In this document: positions 1 to 19,220 of the stretch, one piece after another
Position numbering within the stretch: the first letter of the stretch is position 1
Layout: every line of letters begins with the position of its first letter
NCBI RefSeq assembly: GCF_009914755.1
Contig: NC_060948.1
Source: the human T2T-CHM13v2.0 reference genome, Homo sapiens
DNA length: 64,000 bases
Direction: 5' to 3' (one strand)
Translations under genes and position numbers: made by a program
Notes under the pieces: generated by a model
What the model was told of the DNA's origin: nothing
What the model saw: the letters and a program-made list of their open reading frames with translations, nothing else
Databases searched by the model: none

Positions 1-59
1 AGATCCAGATGGTGACTCACCACTAGCAGCTCCCTGGAGAGCTCCACACACGCCTGCTG

Positions 60-470
60 ACAGTCACCATCCCTCTGCTGCCATCACGGTCTTCTAACGT
101 TGCTGGTAGTTTTGAACATTTTCATACTTCATGCAAATACATCATATAGAGTAGGTGATTTTGGGGGTTCAGGGTATAATTCAGCCTTTTCTGCCTAAGA
201 TGATGTTTGTGAGATTCATCCATGTCATGGCGTGTCAATATAGCTGTTTCATTGTCAACGACGTTTAGCATTTTCTTGGGTCAACACATCGAGACTTATT
301 GATCCACTCTGCTGCTGATGGGCATTTCAGAAGTTTCCCATTTGCAGATACTGTCAATCAGGTACCTGGGAGCACTCTCGTCCATAGCATTTGTGACATA
401 TCTGTGGCTTGCTAGGGAATTTCTACCCGGGGTGGACTTAGCACACCGGGGTCTGGAGGACTATTTTGAA
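60..470 (-). mobile_element. Ancient L1M (L1MB/ME-like) fragment
   Basis: Degenerate antisense L1 motifs (gagattcatccatg, atccactctgctgctgatgggcattt). Confidence 0.55.
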
Positions 471-845
471 AAGAATGCTGGAAATTCGGTGAAAAGAGGG
501 AGTGACTGATGACAAAAATCCTCCTATGGCAAAGAAGGTGGTAGTGGGCAGAATCTTCTACAGAGATCATCTCACTCTTCATGCACATCCCCACTAAACT
601 TAGGAGAAACTTGAAAAGGGAAGAAATCTTTGCCCAAGGTCACTGTTGGTAAAAACCTAAGATCCTTCCTCCTTCCCTGGATGGCTTGTATTCTAACAGA
701 AGCTCAGATAAATTCTGAAGTAAAGGGTTGGTATTTGATTGAAACCGATTTTGACATGATTTGTGAGTTTTTAAACCTTCCCAGGGGCATTCATTACCTT
801 AAAATTCTAAAAGAAATTCAGGGCCATCTTAAAAGAGCTGATGGT

Positions 846-1272
846 TATAGACAAATCAGGCCATCTAGCAGAAGCATGAAAGAATGGATGTAAAATGAAA
901 CTCACCTATAGACAAATCAGACCCTCTAGCAGAAGCATGAAATAATGGATGTAAAATGAAACTCACCTATAGACAAATCAGGCCCTCTAGCAGAAGCATG
1001 AAAGAATGGATGTAAAAATGAAACTCACCTATAGACAAATCAGACCCTCTAGCAGAAACAGGAAAGAATGGATGTAAAATGAAACTCACCTATAGACAAA
1101 TCAGGCCATCTAGCAGAAGCATGAAAGAATGGATGTAAAAATGAAACTCACCTATAGACAAATCAGGCCCTCTAGCAGAAGCAGGAAATAATGGATGTAA
1201 AATGAAACTCACCTATAGACAAATCAGGCCATCTAGCAGAAGCATGATAGAGGATGTAAAATGAAACTCACC
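846..1272. repeat. Minisatellite, 61-bp unit x7
   Basis: tatagacaaatcaggccatctagcagaagcatgaaagaatggatgtaaaatgaaactcacc starts at 846, 907, 968, 1030, 1091, 1153, 1214. Confidence 0.97.
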
Positions 1273-1294
1273 GTGGCATACTGGAACACTCACT

Positions 1295-1674
1295 ATCTTA
1301 GTCTGTTTTTTGTTGCTATGACCGAATACCTAAGACTCGGTAATTTGTAACGAAAAGAAATATACTTATGACAGTTCTGGAGGCTGGGAAGTCCAACAAT
1401 GAGGAGCTGCATCTGGTGAGGACCTTCTTGCTAGTGGGGACTCTCTCTGGAGAGTTTTGAGATGGGGCAGGCCTCCGAGAAAAACAACCTGGCTTTTGAT
1501 CACAGACCTGCTCTTCTGATAACTAACCCACACCTTAGATAACTTATTAATTGATTAATTCATGAAGGGATTAATCCATTCACGAGGGCAGAGCCTCATC
1601 TAAACACTCTTACATTGGGGGACCCAGCCTCAACATGACTTTTGGTAAGGGCAAACCGTATTCTAACCATAGCA
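1295..1674 (-). mobile_element. MaLR solo LTR (MLT1A/MST-like)
   Basis: tcttagtctg...acagttctggaggctgggaagtccaa...aaccatagca termini. Confidence 0.8.
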
Positions 1675-1960
1675 CTTACAAACCATCTGCTTATGTTGAA
1701 TTAAATTTAGGTGGTTGAATACACACTCAGAGCTGTGACTCTTCGGTTTGATTTATCTCAGAAAGCTCTCAAAGTCCTCATGCTCTACTGAGCCCTCTCA
1801 GTATAGGTGGCATTTGCTACATAGCTGGACACTGAAGTTGGCAGCTGAACTTGGCTAGCAACAGGAGAGACTGATGGGTTAGAGTCGTTATGAATTAGTA
1901 CTATTTTACATTTGTTAGAAAAAAATTGCAAAACTGAACTATTATTATTAATCTTATCAT

Positions 1961-2040
1961 TATTTTGAGAGGGGGTCCTGCTCTATTGCTCAGGCTGGAG
2001 TACAGTGGTGCAATCGTAGTTCACTGCAGCCTCAAACTCC
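1961..2040 (-). mobile_element. Old Alu monomer fragment (AluJ/FLAM-like)
   Basis: caggctggagtacagtggtgcaatcgtagttcactgcagcctcaaactcc. Confidence 0.8.
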
Positions 2041-2645
2041 ATACTGCAGCTCTGACCATACCACGGCTCCGACCACAGCACAGCTCTGACTATACCCCAG
2101 CTCTGACTTTACTGTAGATTGGACTATACTGCAGCTGAGACCATATTGCAGCTCCTGCCACAGCACAGCTCCAATCATACCGCAGCTCTGACTGTACGGC
2201 AGCTCTCAGCATAGCACAGCTCTGACTACACCGCAACTGTGACCATACCTCAGCTCTGACCATAGCACAGATCTGGCCATAGCACAGCTCTGACTCTACC
2301 GTAGCTCTCACTATGCTGTAGATCTCGCTATCCTGGAGCTCTAATCATACCACAGCTCTGAGCATAGCACAGCTTTGAGCGTATCTCAGCTCTGACTGTA
2401 CTGCAGCTGTGATCATACCGCAACTCTGACCATATCTCAGCTCTGACCATAGTGCAGGTCTGATTGTGCCACAGCTCTGACCCTACTGTAGATCCGACTA
2501 CACTTCAGCTGTAACCATCCTGCAGCTCTGTGCAGACCTTACATCTGATCTTGCTTCAGCTTTGACCATCCTGCAGCTCTGACCAGACCCCACGCAGTGC
2601 TGATCTCACTGCACATCTGACTGCTGCAGCTCTAACCATGCCGCA
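2041..2645. repeat. Degenerate minisatellite, 17-bp unit, about 35 copies
   Basis: cagctctgaccataNNN phased at 2047, 2064, 2081, 2098, 2115, 2132 and onward. Confidence 0.9.
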
Positions 2646-3099
2646 GGAAGTGAAGGAGACGAGAGAGAGAACTAAGGCTGCAATGCTGTTTGCATAGCTT
2701 GTTGGCACGGCCGCCAGGAATCTTGGATCCAAAGTTAGGAGTGCTGCTGCTGCTTCTCCCAGGGATGGGTCTGCCTCAGTATCCCTGCAGAGTCAGTCCT
2801 GGGGTGTTGGGGCAGCCGTGCACATGTGGTCTCTGTGGCCGGTGTTCCAGTGGGTTTCAGAGCAGCGGCTGAAACTGTCAATGAAACCCCCAATGTCTGA
2901 CATCTCAGGAGGCTTCTCAGGTCTCCCACATGGCAGCTTTTTTTTTTCCTCTTTAAAATAAAAACTTTTTTTCATCCTTCACTAAGAAATAGCATTTCCC
3001 TATACACCTGACCTCAGCAATGTACACCGTACCAAATAATTACAAATGGTAAGTGCTTTTGTGAAAAGATAATCAACATGCCAGATAAGGAAAGAAATA

Positions 3100-3430
3100 C
3101 AACATTAAAAAAAAAGAGGCCATAATTGTCCATACATTTGGCAAACATACAAAGAAAATGGACAATACTGACACGTTTCAGGGTATCGGGCAAAAGGATT
3201 CTCTGTTAAGGGTGGAAACTGGTAACATCAACTCTAGATGGCCCATTTACACATTATTTGGAGAGATTAAAAAAGTACCCATCCATTGAACCAGCAATTC
3301 AATGTGTAGGAGTGTAGCCTGCAGGTCGCAGGTGCACAAAGACTGTGTAAAGGGAATTGGCTGCAAAAAGGTATTTATTTGCAAAACACTGGGAATGAGT
3401 TGGAATCAATTTATAGGTTGATGGTTAAGG
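3100..3430 (+). mobile_element. Ancient L1ME-like fragment
   Basis: Weak sense L1 3' ORF2 motifs (tgaaccagcaattc...taggagt). Confidence 0.4.
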
Positions 3431-4285
3431 GTTATGTACAGTTGTTGGTTGCCAGCAAGAGAAACAGACTCTAGTTGATTGAAGAAATTTAATAGATATC
3501 GGGCAGGTCAGATAAAGGATGAGAAGATTAGGGAATTATAAGTAGAACCCCATGAAGGCTGGTGGATAAGAAGTCCATGTGTATACCTGCCATGCCCCAG
3601 TTATACACAGCCTGCTTAGGACACAGCTTTGTTGAATTACCTGTAGACCCCAGACTCTGTTGAAGCATTCTTGCTTCCATCACGAATAACTACTGAACTT
3701 TTTTTGTTTTGTTACATCCTTCCCTCAGAATTTTGAAGGTCCCTGATAAGACATCTTTGAGGTCAGGCATAAATCATCACTTCACATCTTGACGGCAATG
3801 CAACGAAGACAAGTATCTGTCTCTTTGGGTCTGTCTAACAAGGAGCAAAGCCTGGCCTCCCACCAGCATCCAGACAATAGTGGATTCCCTCTCCATAGAT
3901 GTCAAAAAAGAAACAGATGCTCCCGCAGGTGAAATGAGCTCTGGTCCACAATGCAACGCAGGCTGTGCAGAAAATCAAAGAGGAACCAACCCAGAAGTAT
4001 CCCCCAGGACAAATCATTAAGGGGGAAAAGGCAAGTGGTACAACCCTTTATTTTATGATTCTACTAGGAAAAAAAATAGCGGCATTCCTTAAAATATTGA
4101 GATAACTGGCAGGTAGAATGAACCAAAAACTATTAACAGGGGTTCCCAGGAGAATGGAGGACAATTGAAACAGGGTGTGAAGCGGAGAGGCATAATTCGT
4201 TCTAGTGATCCTGTCATTCTCGCCTTTCCAATGATACTATATTGGTGAATGCATTGCCCAGATAACATTTAAAAAGGTTTTAAGT

Positions 4286-4593
<308 letters not shown>

Positions 4594-4599
4594 GGTTTA

Positions 4600-4962
<363 letters not shown>

Positions 4963-4989
4963 TTAACAAGCATGAATACATATATATGG

Positions 4990-5820
<831 letters not shown>

Positions 5821-6213
5821 TAGTGACCAGTCATCATCACCTTGTCATCAGCAGCATGTCAATGTAGCGTGGAAAGTGGGGCTGGTGGATGGAGATGTCT
5901 TTTGCAGAGCCAGGGATTCCACGTGGAGCATTTACATTGGGACATTCACTGTTGAGGGTGCTTCCCCTCTCCCCTGCAGACCACCCCCACCAAGGGTCAA
6001 CCCAAGACCCCCAAGCTCACTTTCTTTCCTCCAGGTCTTCACTCTGATGTCAAGTCGTTTCATCTCTCTGAGTTCCTCTTTCTTTATTTGCTAGAAAGGG
6101 ATCCTGCCCTCCCTTTCCTATGACTCTTAGGTTTGTTCTGTGATAAGGTGATTCAAGGGGTGGACACTGCTTCATAAGCTGACCCACAGTGACTGCTGGA
6201 AATGAAAGAGGTT

Positions 6214-6520
6214 GGCTGGGCTCAGTGCTTCATGCCTGTAGTCCCAGCACCTTGGAAGGCCATGGTGGGAGCATTGCTTAAAGCTGGGAGGATCGTTGGA
6301 AGCCTGGGCAACATGGCAAGACACTCATCTCTACAAAAATAAAAATAAATTATCCAGGTGTGGTGGTGTGTGCTTGTAGTCCCAGCTACTCTGACGGCTG
6401 AAGTAGGAGAATCCCTTGAGCCTAGGTGTTTGAGACTGCAGTGAGCTAGGATTGCATCACCTCACTCTAGCCTGGACAACACAGTGAGACCCTACCTTCA
6501 AAAAAAAGAAATTAAAAAAA
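6214..6520 (+). mobile_element. AluJ
   Basis: Diverged dimer with J-type cttgagcctagg...gactgcagtgagct. Confidence 0.88.
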
Positions 6521-6834
6521 CAGCTCACCCTTCATTTCCACACCACTGATGTTGGCAGTTGTGATGCTAGAAGTGAAATTGGTCCTGTTCTCTCTTTGCA
6601 AATAATTTCATTTAGACTTGAGGGGGTCTCCTTCTAGCTCCTAGTTTCTTTGTGTATCTGTGTGTGTGTGTGTCAGAGAGAGAGAGCAAGACAGAGAGAG
6701 AGAGACAAGGATATTTTTCTCTTTTGGTGTTCAGTGGATAGGCGTCCAGGAAGGAGTGTTTGCTGGTTTTCTGGGGAGTAAAATAAAAACAAATGTGGAT
6801 TTAGATAAGAAAGAGATTTGAAAAGACAATTACA

Positions 6835-7210
<376 letters not shown>

Positions 7211-7461
7211 TCAAAGACTCAGGCAGAAACAAATTTCATTTATAGGGAGAGGCATGTCAGAATAATTGATCAGGAAATACTTCCCCTTGTCGTTTGTTGA
7301 TTTTTCAGGAGGGGTTGTTGAAGAGGGGCTGTCCCACGTTCCAACGTACGAGGGTGTTCAGAGGAGCTGGGGGTGGGTGGGGGAGGAGAAAACTTCAAGT
7401 TTGGTCCACAAGCACTTTATTCCTATTGATTGTGGGGATGAACAGGTCAGCTAGACATTTA

Positions 7462-7805
<344 letters not shown>

Positions 7806-7939
7806 GAAGGGATTTGGAGAGTCTGGTCTGGCCTTGCTCTGGAGATCAAGAGGAAGGCAGCCATGCATCTTTCCTAAGTCATGAGAGAAAGGCAGGAGTT
7901 TACAGCAAGTCACTTCTCAGAATACAAAAAGGTAAGGGG

Positions 7940-8078
7940 GATTGAGACTATCCTGGCTAATGCAGTGAAACCCCATCTATACAACAACAAAAAATTAGTC
8001 AGATGTGGTGGTGCATGCCTGTAGTCCCAGCTACTTGGGAGAGGCAGGAGAATGGCGTGAACCCAGGAGGCAGAGGTT
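7940..8078 (+). mobile_element. Internal Alu fragment (AluY-like)
   Basis: gagactatcctggctaa...agaatggcgtgaacccaggaggcagaggtt; lacks both ends. Confidence 0.88.
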
Positions 8079-8304
8079 TCTTCCTTCCTTCCTTCCCTCC
8101 CTCCTTCCCTCCTTCCTTCCCTCCTTCCTTCCCTCCTTCCTTCCTTCCCTCCCTCCTTCCTTCCCCTTCTCCTTCCTTCCTTCCTTCCTTCTTTCCTTCC
8201 TTCTTTCCTTCCTTCTTTCCTTCCTTCTTTCCTTCCTTCCCCCCTTCTTTCTCTCCTCTCTCTTTCTTTCTCTCTCTTTCTCTCTCTCTCTTTCTTTCTT
8301 TCTT
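8079..8304. repeat. (CCTT)n/(CTTT)n polypyrimidine tract (expanded Alu tail)
   Basis: Direct reading. Confidence 0.95.
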
Positions 8305-8585
8305 TGATGGAGTCTCACTCTGTCACCCAGCCTGGAGTGAAATGGCACATTCTTGGCTCACTGAAACGCCCACCTCCCAGGTTCAAGTGATTCTTCTGCT
8401 TCAGCCTCCTGAGTAGCTGGGACTACAAGCGTGCACCACCACACCCAGCTAATTTCTGTATTTTTAGTAGAGATGGGGTTTCAACATGTTGGCCTGGCTG
8501 GTCTTGAACTCCTGACCTCAGGCGATCTGCCCATGTCGGCCGCCCACAATGGTGGGATTACAGGCATGAGCCACCCCACCTGGCC
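8300..8585 (-). mobile_element. AluS
   Basis: Full antisense dimer. Confidence 0.94.
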
Positions 8586-9004
8586 CAGGTAGGGGGATTT
8601 CTTACCCTTCACTGTTTTCTAGAAACACAGTGCTCAGAAAACGTTCAATAGTGTCTGGGACAAGATACTTAGGTCATTTGAGGGTCTTTTAAATAAAAGA
8701 ATAAAAAATTACGTATACACATTTAGACATGAAAGAGAATTTTTGTTTAGAATAAAATCACAGCAAATTGCAAAATCTGGAAAAGCTGATGGGCAGCCTC
8801 CAAAATCACAGGATTTACAGAACTAACATTGTTATGCATTCACCGTCAGACCCAATCCTATTTCCCCTACAACTTCTAGCCGGAAGGTCTTTGATCAGCG
8901 ATTTTTGTCTCATCCATACAGGCACGGGAAAGGTATTTCATTCTTTCCTGTAGCACAGCTGACTGTCATTTATTTATTTTTCAGACTTTAGAAAAGTATC
9001 TTTG

Positions 9005-10250
<1,246 letters not shown>

Positions 10251-10488
10251 TGTCAACTATGGGGAAAAGCTCATTAATTTTCTCTTCTATAAAATTTGAA
10301 AGATTTCTTGACGTTGCAGTTTCTTCTCCCATGATCATTTATCTCAATCTCATTTGAATTGACAGCATTCATTAGCTCGTTGGTTCTCAGTGTTCTCAGA
10401 GTAGCAGTATTTCAAACATTGTATGCTACCTACGTTGATGTTGTACTTTTTCCTAAATTGCTAAAAAATAGAAGGGTTTTTGCAATGA

Positions 10489-10803
<315 letters not shown>

Positions 10804-10829
10804 TCTTTTTCTTCTTTTTGTTCTTTTGA

Positions 10830-11010
10830 GGCTGCGAATGGATTGGATAAGGCCATCCCATGTTGGAGAAAATGATCTCCCTTTCTCAGGCTACCAATTC
10901 AATTTCTAACATCACTGCGAAGCACCCTCACAGATACCCCAGAGTGACATTCAATCAGACATCTAAACACCCCATGATCCAGTCAAGTTAACACATAATA
11001 TTAATTGTTC
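10830..11010 (-). mobile_element. MLT2 (ERVL) LTR fragment
   Basis: caccctcacagataccccaga...ccagtcaagttaacacata. Confidence 0.7.
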
Positions 11011-11015
11011 CAACC

Positions 11016-11615
11016 TCATTCTAGATATAAGAAGGGCCCTAAATGCAATGACAGCTGTTCTAAGAGACAGAAGAGGAGACGCAGACACAGAGGAGAAGGC
11101 CACGTGTAGACAGAGGCAGAGACTGCAGTGATGTGGCCACAAGCCCAGGGATGCCTGGAGCCCCCAGGAGCTGGGAGAGGCAGGAAGGATCCTCCTCTAG
11201 AGCCTCTAGAAGGAACTGGATACAATTGGAATGGGTTATATGGTGATCCCCAAAATATATGTTTATTTCCTTTTCCCCAGAACCTATAAATGCAATCTTA
11301 CTTGGAAACAGGATCTCTGCAAATGTAATTAGTGAAGGATCTTGAAATAAAACCTGTCCTAGATTAGGGGGTCCTAAATGCAAGGACAGGTGTCCTTCTA
11401 AACACAGAAGGGGAGACCCAGACAGAGGAGAAGGCCACATGGAGACAGAGACTGGAGTGGTGTAGCCACGAGCCCAGGAATGCTGGGAGCCCCTGGGAGC
11501 TGGGAGAGGCAGGAAGGATCCTCCCCTAGAGACTCCAGAGGGAGCTCAGCCCTAACATACCTTCATCTCAGACTCCTGGTATCCAGGATTATGTGAGCAT
11601 ACATTTCCATTTTAA
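11016..11615 (+). mobile_element. MLT1B/C-type LTR, internally duplicated (two copies of the core)
   Basis: agaggagaaggccac...ggagctgggagaggcaggaaggatcctc at about 11090-11200 and 11420-11540. Confidence 0.8.
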
Positions 11616-12368
11616 GCCTTGAAGGTTGTGAAATCTGCCACGGCTGCCATGAAGGTTGTGAAATTGGTCACGGCTGCCTTGAAGGTTGTGAAATTGCTCA
11701 CGGCTGCCTTGAAGGTTGTGAAATTGCTCACGGCTGCCTTGAAGGTTGTGAAATTGCTCACGGCTGCCTTGAAGGTTGTGAAATTGCTCACGGCTGCCTT
11801 GAAGGTTGTGAAATTGCTCACGGCTGCCTTGAAGGTTGTGCAATTGCTCACGGCTGCCTTGAAGGTTGTGAAATTGGTCACGGCTGCCTTGAAGGTTGTG
11901 AAAGTGGTCACGGCTGCCTTGAAGGTTGTGAAATTGCTCACGGCTGCCTTGAAGGTTGTGCAATTGCTCACGGCTGCCTTGAAGGTTGTGCAATTGCTCA
12001 CGGCTGCCTTGAAGGTTGTGAAATTGGTCACGGCTGCCTTGAAGGTTGTGAAAGTGGTCACGGCTGCCTTGAAGGTTGCGAAATTGCTCACGGCTGCCTT
12101 GAAGGTTGCGAAATTGCTCACGGCTGCCTTGAAGGTTGCGAAATTGCTCACGGCTGCCTTGAAGGTTGCGAAATTGCTCACGGCTGCCTTGAAGGTTGCG
12201 AAATTGCTCACGGCTGCCTTGAAGGTTGCGAAATTGCTCACGGCTGCCTTGAAGGTTGTGAAATTGCTCACGGCTGCCTTGAAGGTTGTGAAATTTGCCA
12301 CGTCTGACTTGAAGGTTGTGAAATTGGTCACGGCTACCTTGAAGGTTGTGAAATTGGTCACGGCTGCC
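11616..12368. repeat. VNTR, 30-bp unit x25
   Basis: gccttgaaggttgtgaaattgctcacggct in exact 30-bp phase. Confidence 0.99.
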
Positions 12369-12861
12369 ACTGCAAACTTTCGTATGGATAGAAGACCCCC
12401 TTTCTGACTCATCTGCACATTCTGGTCTGGAATTTGGGATGGCAGTGAACCAGCTGCCCAGTGTATACTGATCTCTCCCCTTGTCTGTGTGTCTAGGAAT
12501 GGAACAGCCATACAGCCAAGAAACCCACCACAAAGAGTGTTCTTGAATGTCCCAAACTGCAGGCAACTTTTCTGCTCTGGCCCATGGGCATGTCCTGGGA
12601 AGCTTGTGGTACAGAAAATCCAGCTTACAGCTTCCATCCGGGTAGAGCTGACCTTCCAAAGAGTGGAAGCTGTCTCAGTTCCTCGCCTGGTGGGGGGCAG
12701 ATATCTGAAGGCATGGATGCTAGAGAGATTTCTCCTTGGCTAAGGTCCAAGGTTATTTTCTGGGTACTTCCTTGCTCGTGATATTATTTTGTGAGCTCTC
12801 TAAATGCTTTGGAGTGTTGAGCTTTACCCTGTTGTGTGTTGTGTATTAAGAAACGCAATTA

Positions 12862-13474
<613 letters not shown>

Positions 13475-13676
13475 CTACTCCCCAGGAATTTTTCCATTTC
13501 TACCACTCTCCGTCTCTCCACTACCCCCTGTTGCAAGCTCCTTGGCTGGGACACTCTCAGCGTGGGATACATCAGCCCATCTCCTCCCTGCTCTGTTGCC
13601 TTGGGGATGTGCCACCTCCCACCAACCACCTTGCCTCTCCATGCTGCGCACTCTTCACTCAGAAACTCGAGATGAT

Positions 13677-14029
<353 letters not shown>

Positions 14030-14367
14030 TCATGCAAAAAAATGCTTTGAGACAACGACAGGCAAGCCCAGGTGGTACAACAGGACACAGAAACCATCCC
14101 AAAACAAACACTCATGATTCTCCTGTATGACACCAGGAGCCAGCTGTTTCTCACATGCCCCAGCCACCTCCCAGTCCCAAACCTTTCTTCCTTGGCCAGC
14201 TCCATGTCTTCCATTTGGAATGTCTTCCAGGGGTCAAGTCTGGGGTTCCCTGGGGTCCCCAGTTGGCCTCACACCGTGGATGCCCTGGGTATTGGCTCTG
14301 GACGATGACTTTTGAGCAGCTTTTCTGACAGCATCCACCACCTGTGGCTGCCTCCCTGGCAGAGGCG

Positions 14368-14381
14368 GTAACCATGGAAAC
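14368..14381. promoter_or_regulatory. Candidate RFX X-box
   Basis: GTAACCATGGAAAC fits the GTNRCCATGGNAAC near-palindrome, in unique GC-rich DNA. Confidence 0.45.
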
Positions 14382-14748
14382 GGGGAAGCCAGCCAAGGAT
14401 CATCTGTGATGGGAGAGTGGGAGGGAAAAGGAGGCAGACAAAGGGGGCAGGCATCGGTTCATGAGTCGAAGGGCGTCGGCACCTGAGTGTGGTAGGCCTT
14501 TTACAATTCACACCTCCCCAGCGTGTCTACAGGTATCACGTCCCAGGCCCCCAGGAGGTAAGGAGGAGGGTGAGAGCTCCTCACATCTGTGGCTCCGTGG
14601 AAGAGGACGCGTCCTGTGCCTCCACACCACACCCTTGACATTGGCTGTTGTGATGCTCTGGGTATAATCAGTCCCAGCTCCAACTCTTTCCATGGCACTG
14701 AAGCCTGGATAACACAGTGTAAGACCTCATCTCTAAAAATAAGAAGGA

Positions 14749-15133
<385 letters not shown>

Positions 15134-15147
15134 CTAGCACCATCCTA

Positions 15148-16201
<1,054 letters not shown>

Positions 16202-16232
16202 CCCCTCCCCCACCCTTTTTTTTAAAAGTCTT

Positions 16233-16450
16233 CTGCAGTGGGCTGAAGTATGTCTCTGCAAAGTTTATGTCCACCAGAACCTCAGAAGGGAAACTTATTT
16301 GGAAATAAAGTCTTCGTGGACGTCGTTAAGATGAGGTTGCACTGGAATAGAGTGGGCCCTAAATCCAATGACTGGAGCCCTTGTAAGAAAAAAAGAGAAC
16401 ACACAAAGGAGAAGATGGAGACAGAGGTTGGACTGACACATCTATGAACC
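16233..16450 (+). mobile_element. MLT1B/C LTR, 5' part
   Basis: agaacctcagaa...ttatttggaaataaagtc...gggccctaaatccaatgactgg. Confidence 0.78.
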
Positions 16451-16454
16451 AAAT

Positions 16455-17190
<736 letters not shown>

Positions 17191-17429
17191 CGCCAGGCAT
17201 GCTGAATTAACCGCTTCCCATACCCACATGTAAAACTTCAAAGCTGTCAGTAACGCCTCACGCATGATCCTCTTCCATCAATCCCACCTCCAGTTACGGC
17301 CAGAGAAGACACAAGACCCCAGTTCAAAAAACTGTCTTTTTTGTGGAGCTCTTCTTTCTACTAAGACTTTAGTTGTGTATATCAATTGTGACTTCAATTA
17401 CGTATAATGGATCTCTCCCGATTTGGGTG

Positions 17430-17725
17430 AGATTACAATTCCTGATGAGATTTGGGTGGGGACACAGAGCCAACTATATAATTGATATGAGCAGGGGGGC
17501 TGGTGAAAGGTGATTGGATGACGGGGGCAGAGTTCTCGTGAATGGTTTTCATGAATGGTTTCGCACCATTACCCCCTTGGTACTACAGTAACCGAGTTCT
17601 CATGAGATCTGGTTGTTTAAAACTGTGTAACACTTTTTCTGTCTTCTCTCTTCCTCCTGCTCTGGCTAGGTAAGACACTTGTTCTCACTTTGCCTTCTGC
17701 CATGTTTGTAAGTTTCCTGATGTCT
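17430..17725. mobile_element. MST LTR pieces (antisense 17430-17480, sense 17490-17725)
   Basis: gagatttgggtggggacacagagcca; gttctcatgagatctggttgtttaaaa; gccttctgccatg. Confidence 0.75.
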
Positions 17726-17729
17726 CCTC

Positions 17730-17870
17730 TGAGCCTCCAGAAGGAACCAAGCCTACTGATACCTTGATCTCAGCTGTTGGCCTCCAGAAGTTCGAGAGAA
17801 CAGACGTCTGCTGTTTCAAGCCACGCAGTTGTTGGTATTTTTCTACAACAGCATCTGAATCCTAATGCAT
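17730..17870 (+). mobile_element. MLT1 LTR, 3' part
   Basis: gagcctccagaaggaacca...accttgatc...ctgtttcaagccac. Confidence 0.75.
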
Positions 17871-17879
17871 GCCCTCTAA

Positions 17880-18294
<415 letters not shown>

Positions 18295-19059
18295 GAGGAA
18301 TCTTTCAACCCCTTGCTACCTTTCAAATTGCATAGGAACATTGAAAAGATGATAAAATGTGGAGGCTCAAAGAAAACAAGCAGTGTTCAGCATTCCGAAA
18401 GTGGCCTGGTTTGAGGAAATTAATTATTTGGCATCTCTGAACAAGTGGTGTTTTGGACTCCTAAACTTAAAGATAAATACATATTGTTTCCTACCCTTCA
18501 TTCGTCTTCCTTCTCCTCGCCCGACCCAGAACTCCAAGAAGGCTAATCTCTTCTGCAATATCGTAATGGCCTTGAAGCAATCTAACATCTGTGTTCTTCC
18601 TTTCCTCATCTATGAAATTACTTTCAAATAACCAAATTAAACAGGATCTTCCATTTGGGCTGGAATGGTAAGAGCGGCAGAGGACAGCATGTTCCCATTT
18701 ATAATAGCAGGCACGGAAATTCAACCAGACTTTGCTGATCTAAGAGATGCTCTTGGAAGACCCCATTACTTAAATGATCTAGAAAATGTCCTCCCGAGTC
18801 AAGGTATGTCTTAAGGAAGAAAAACGTACAAACAAAACCCAGAAAACTGTTTTAAGAGTCTTATTCTGATGAGACTCTATTTGTATTTGCCAAATAGCTG
18901 TGATTTTCTGGAATGCAGGACAAGCTGATAAATTAGGCAGGATGAAGACACTTTTTTTCTCAAGGGCAGGAACACAGATAAGAGCACCTAAGTGTAACAC
19001 TTTGTTCTGGGACACAGCCCAACTCCAGTCCTTCTGTAGAATATCTGTATTCAGTCAGA

Positions 19060-19220
19060 GGATATCAAAGATGGATAGAGCCTTGGGAATTATCTAGCAC
19101 AACCTTATCCATTTTACAGCTGGGGAAACCAGAGCTGGGAGGGCAACTTCCAAATTGGTAGTGATCCATCGTACACAATTGAAGTCATCATTGGTAGACA
19201 CAACTGAGGTCCTAGTAGAA
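19060..19220 (-). mobile_element. MIR
   Basis: ccattttacagctggggaaac core. Confidence 0.55.

Noticed and set aside
11616-12368. CRISPR-like array (also considered for 846-1272 and 24638-25078)
   Set aside because: Head-to-tail repeats with no unique spacers, no cas genes, and a primate context.
11589-12659. 356, 341 and 262-aa ORFs as protein-coding genes
   Set aside because: They arise from a stop-free 30-bp unit, are open on both strands, and have no domain similarity or splice/promoter support.
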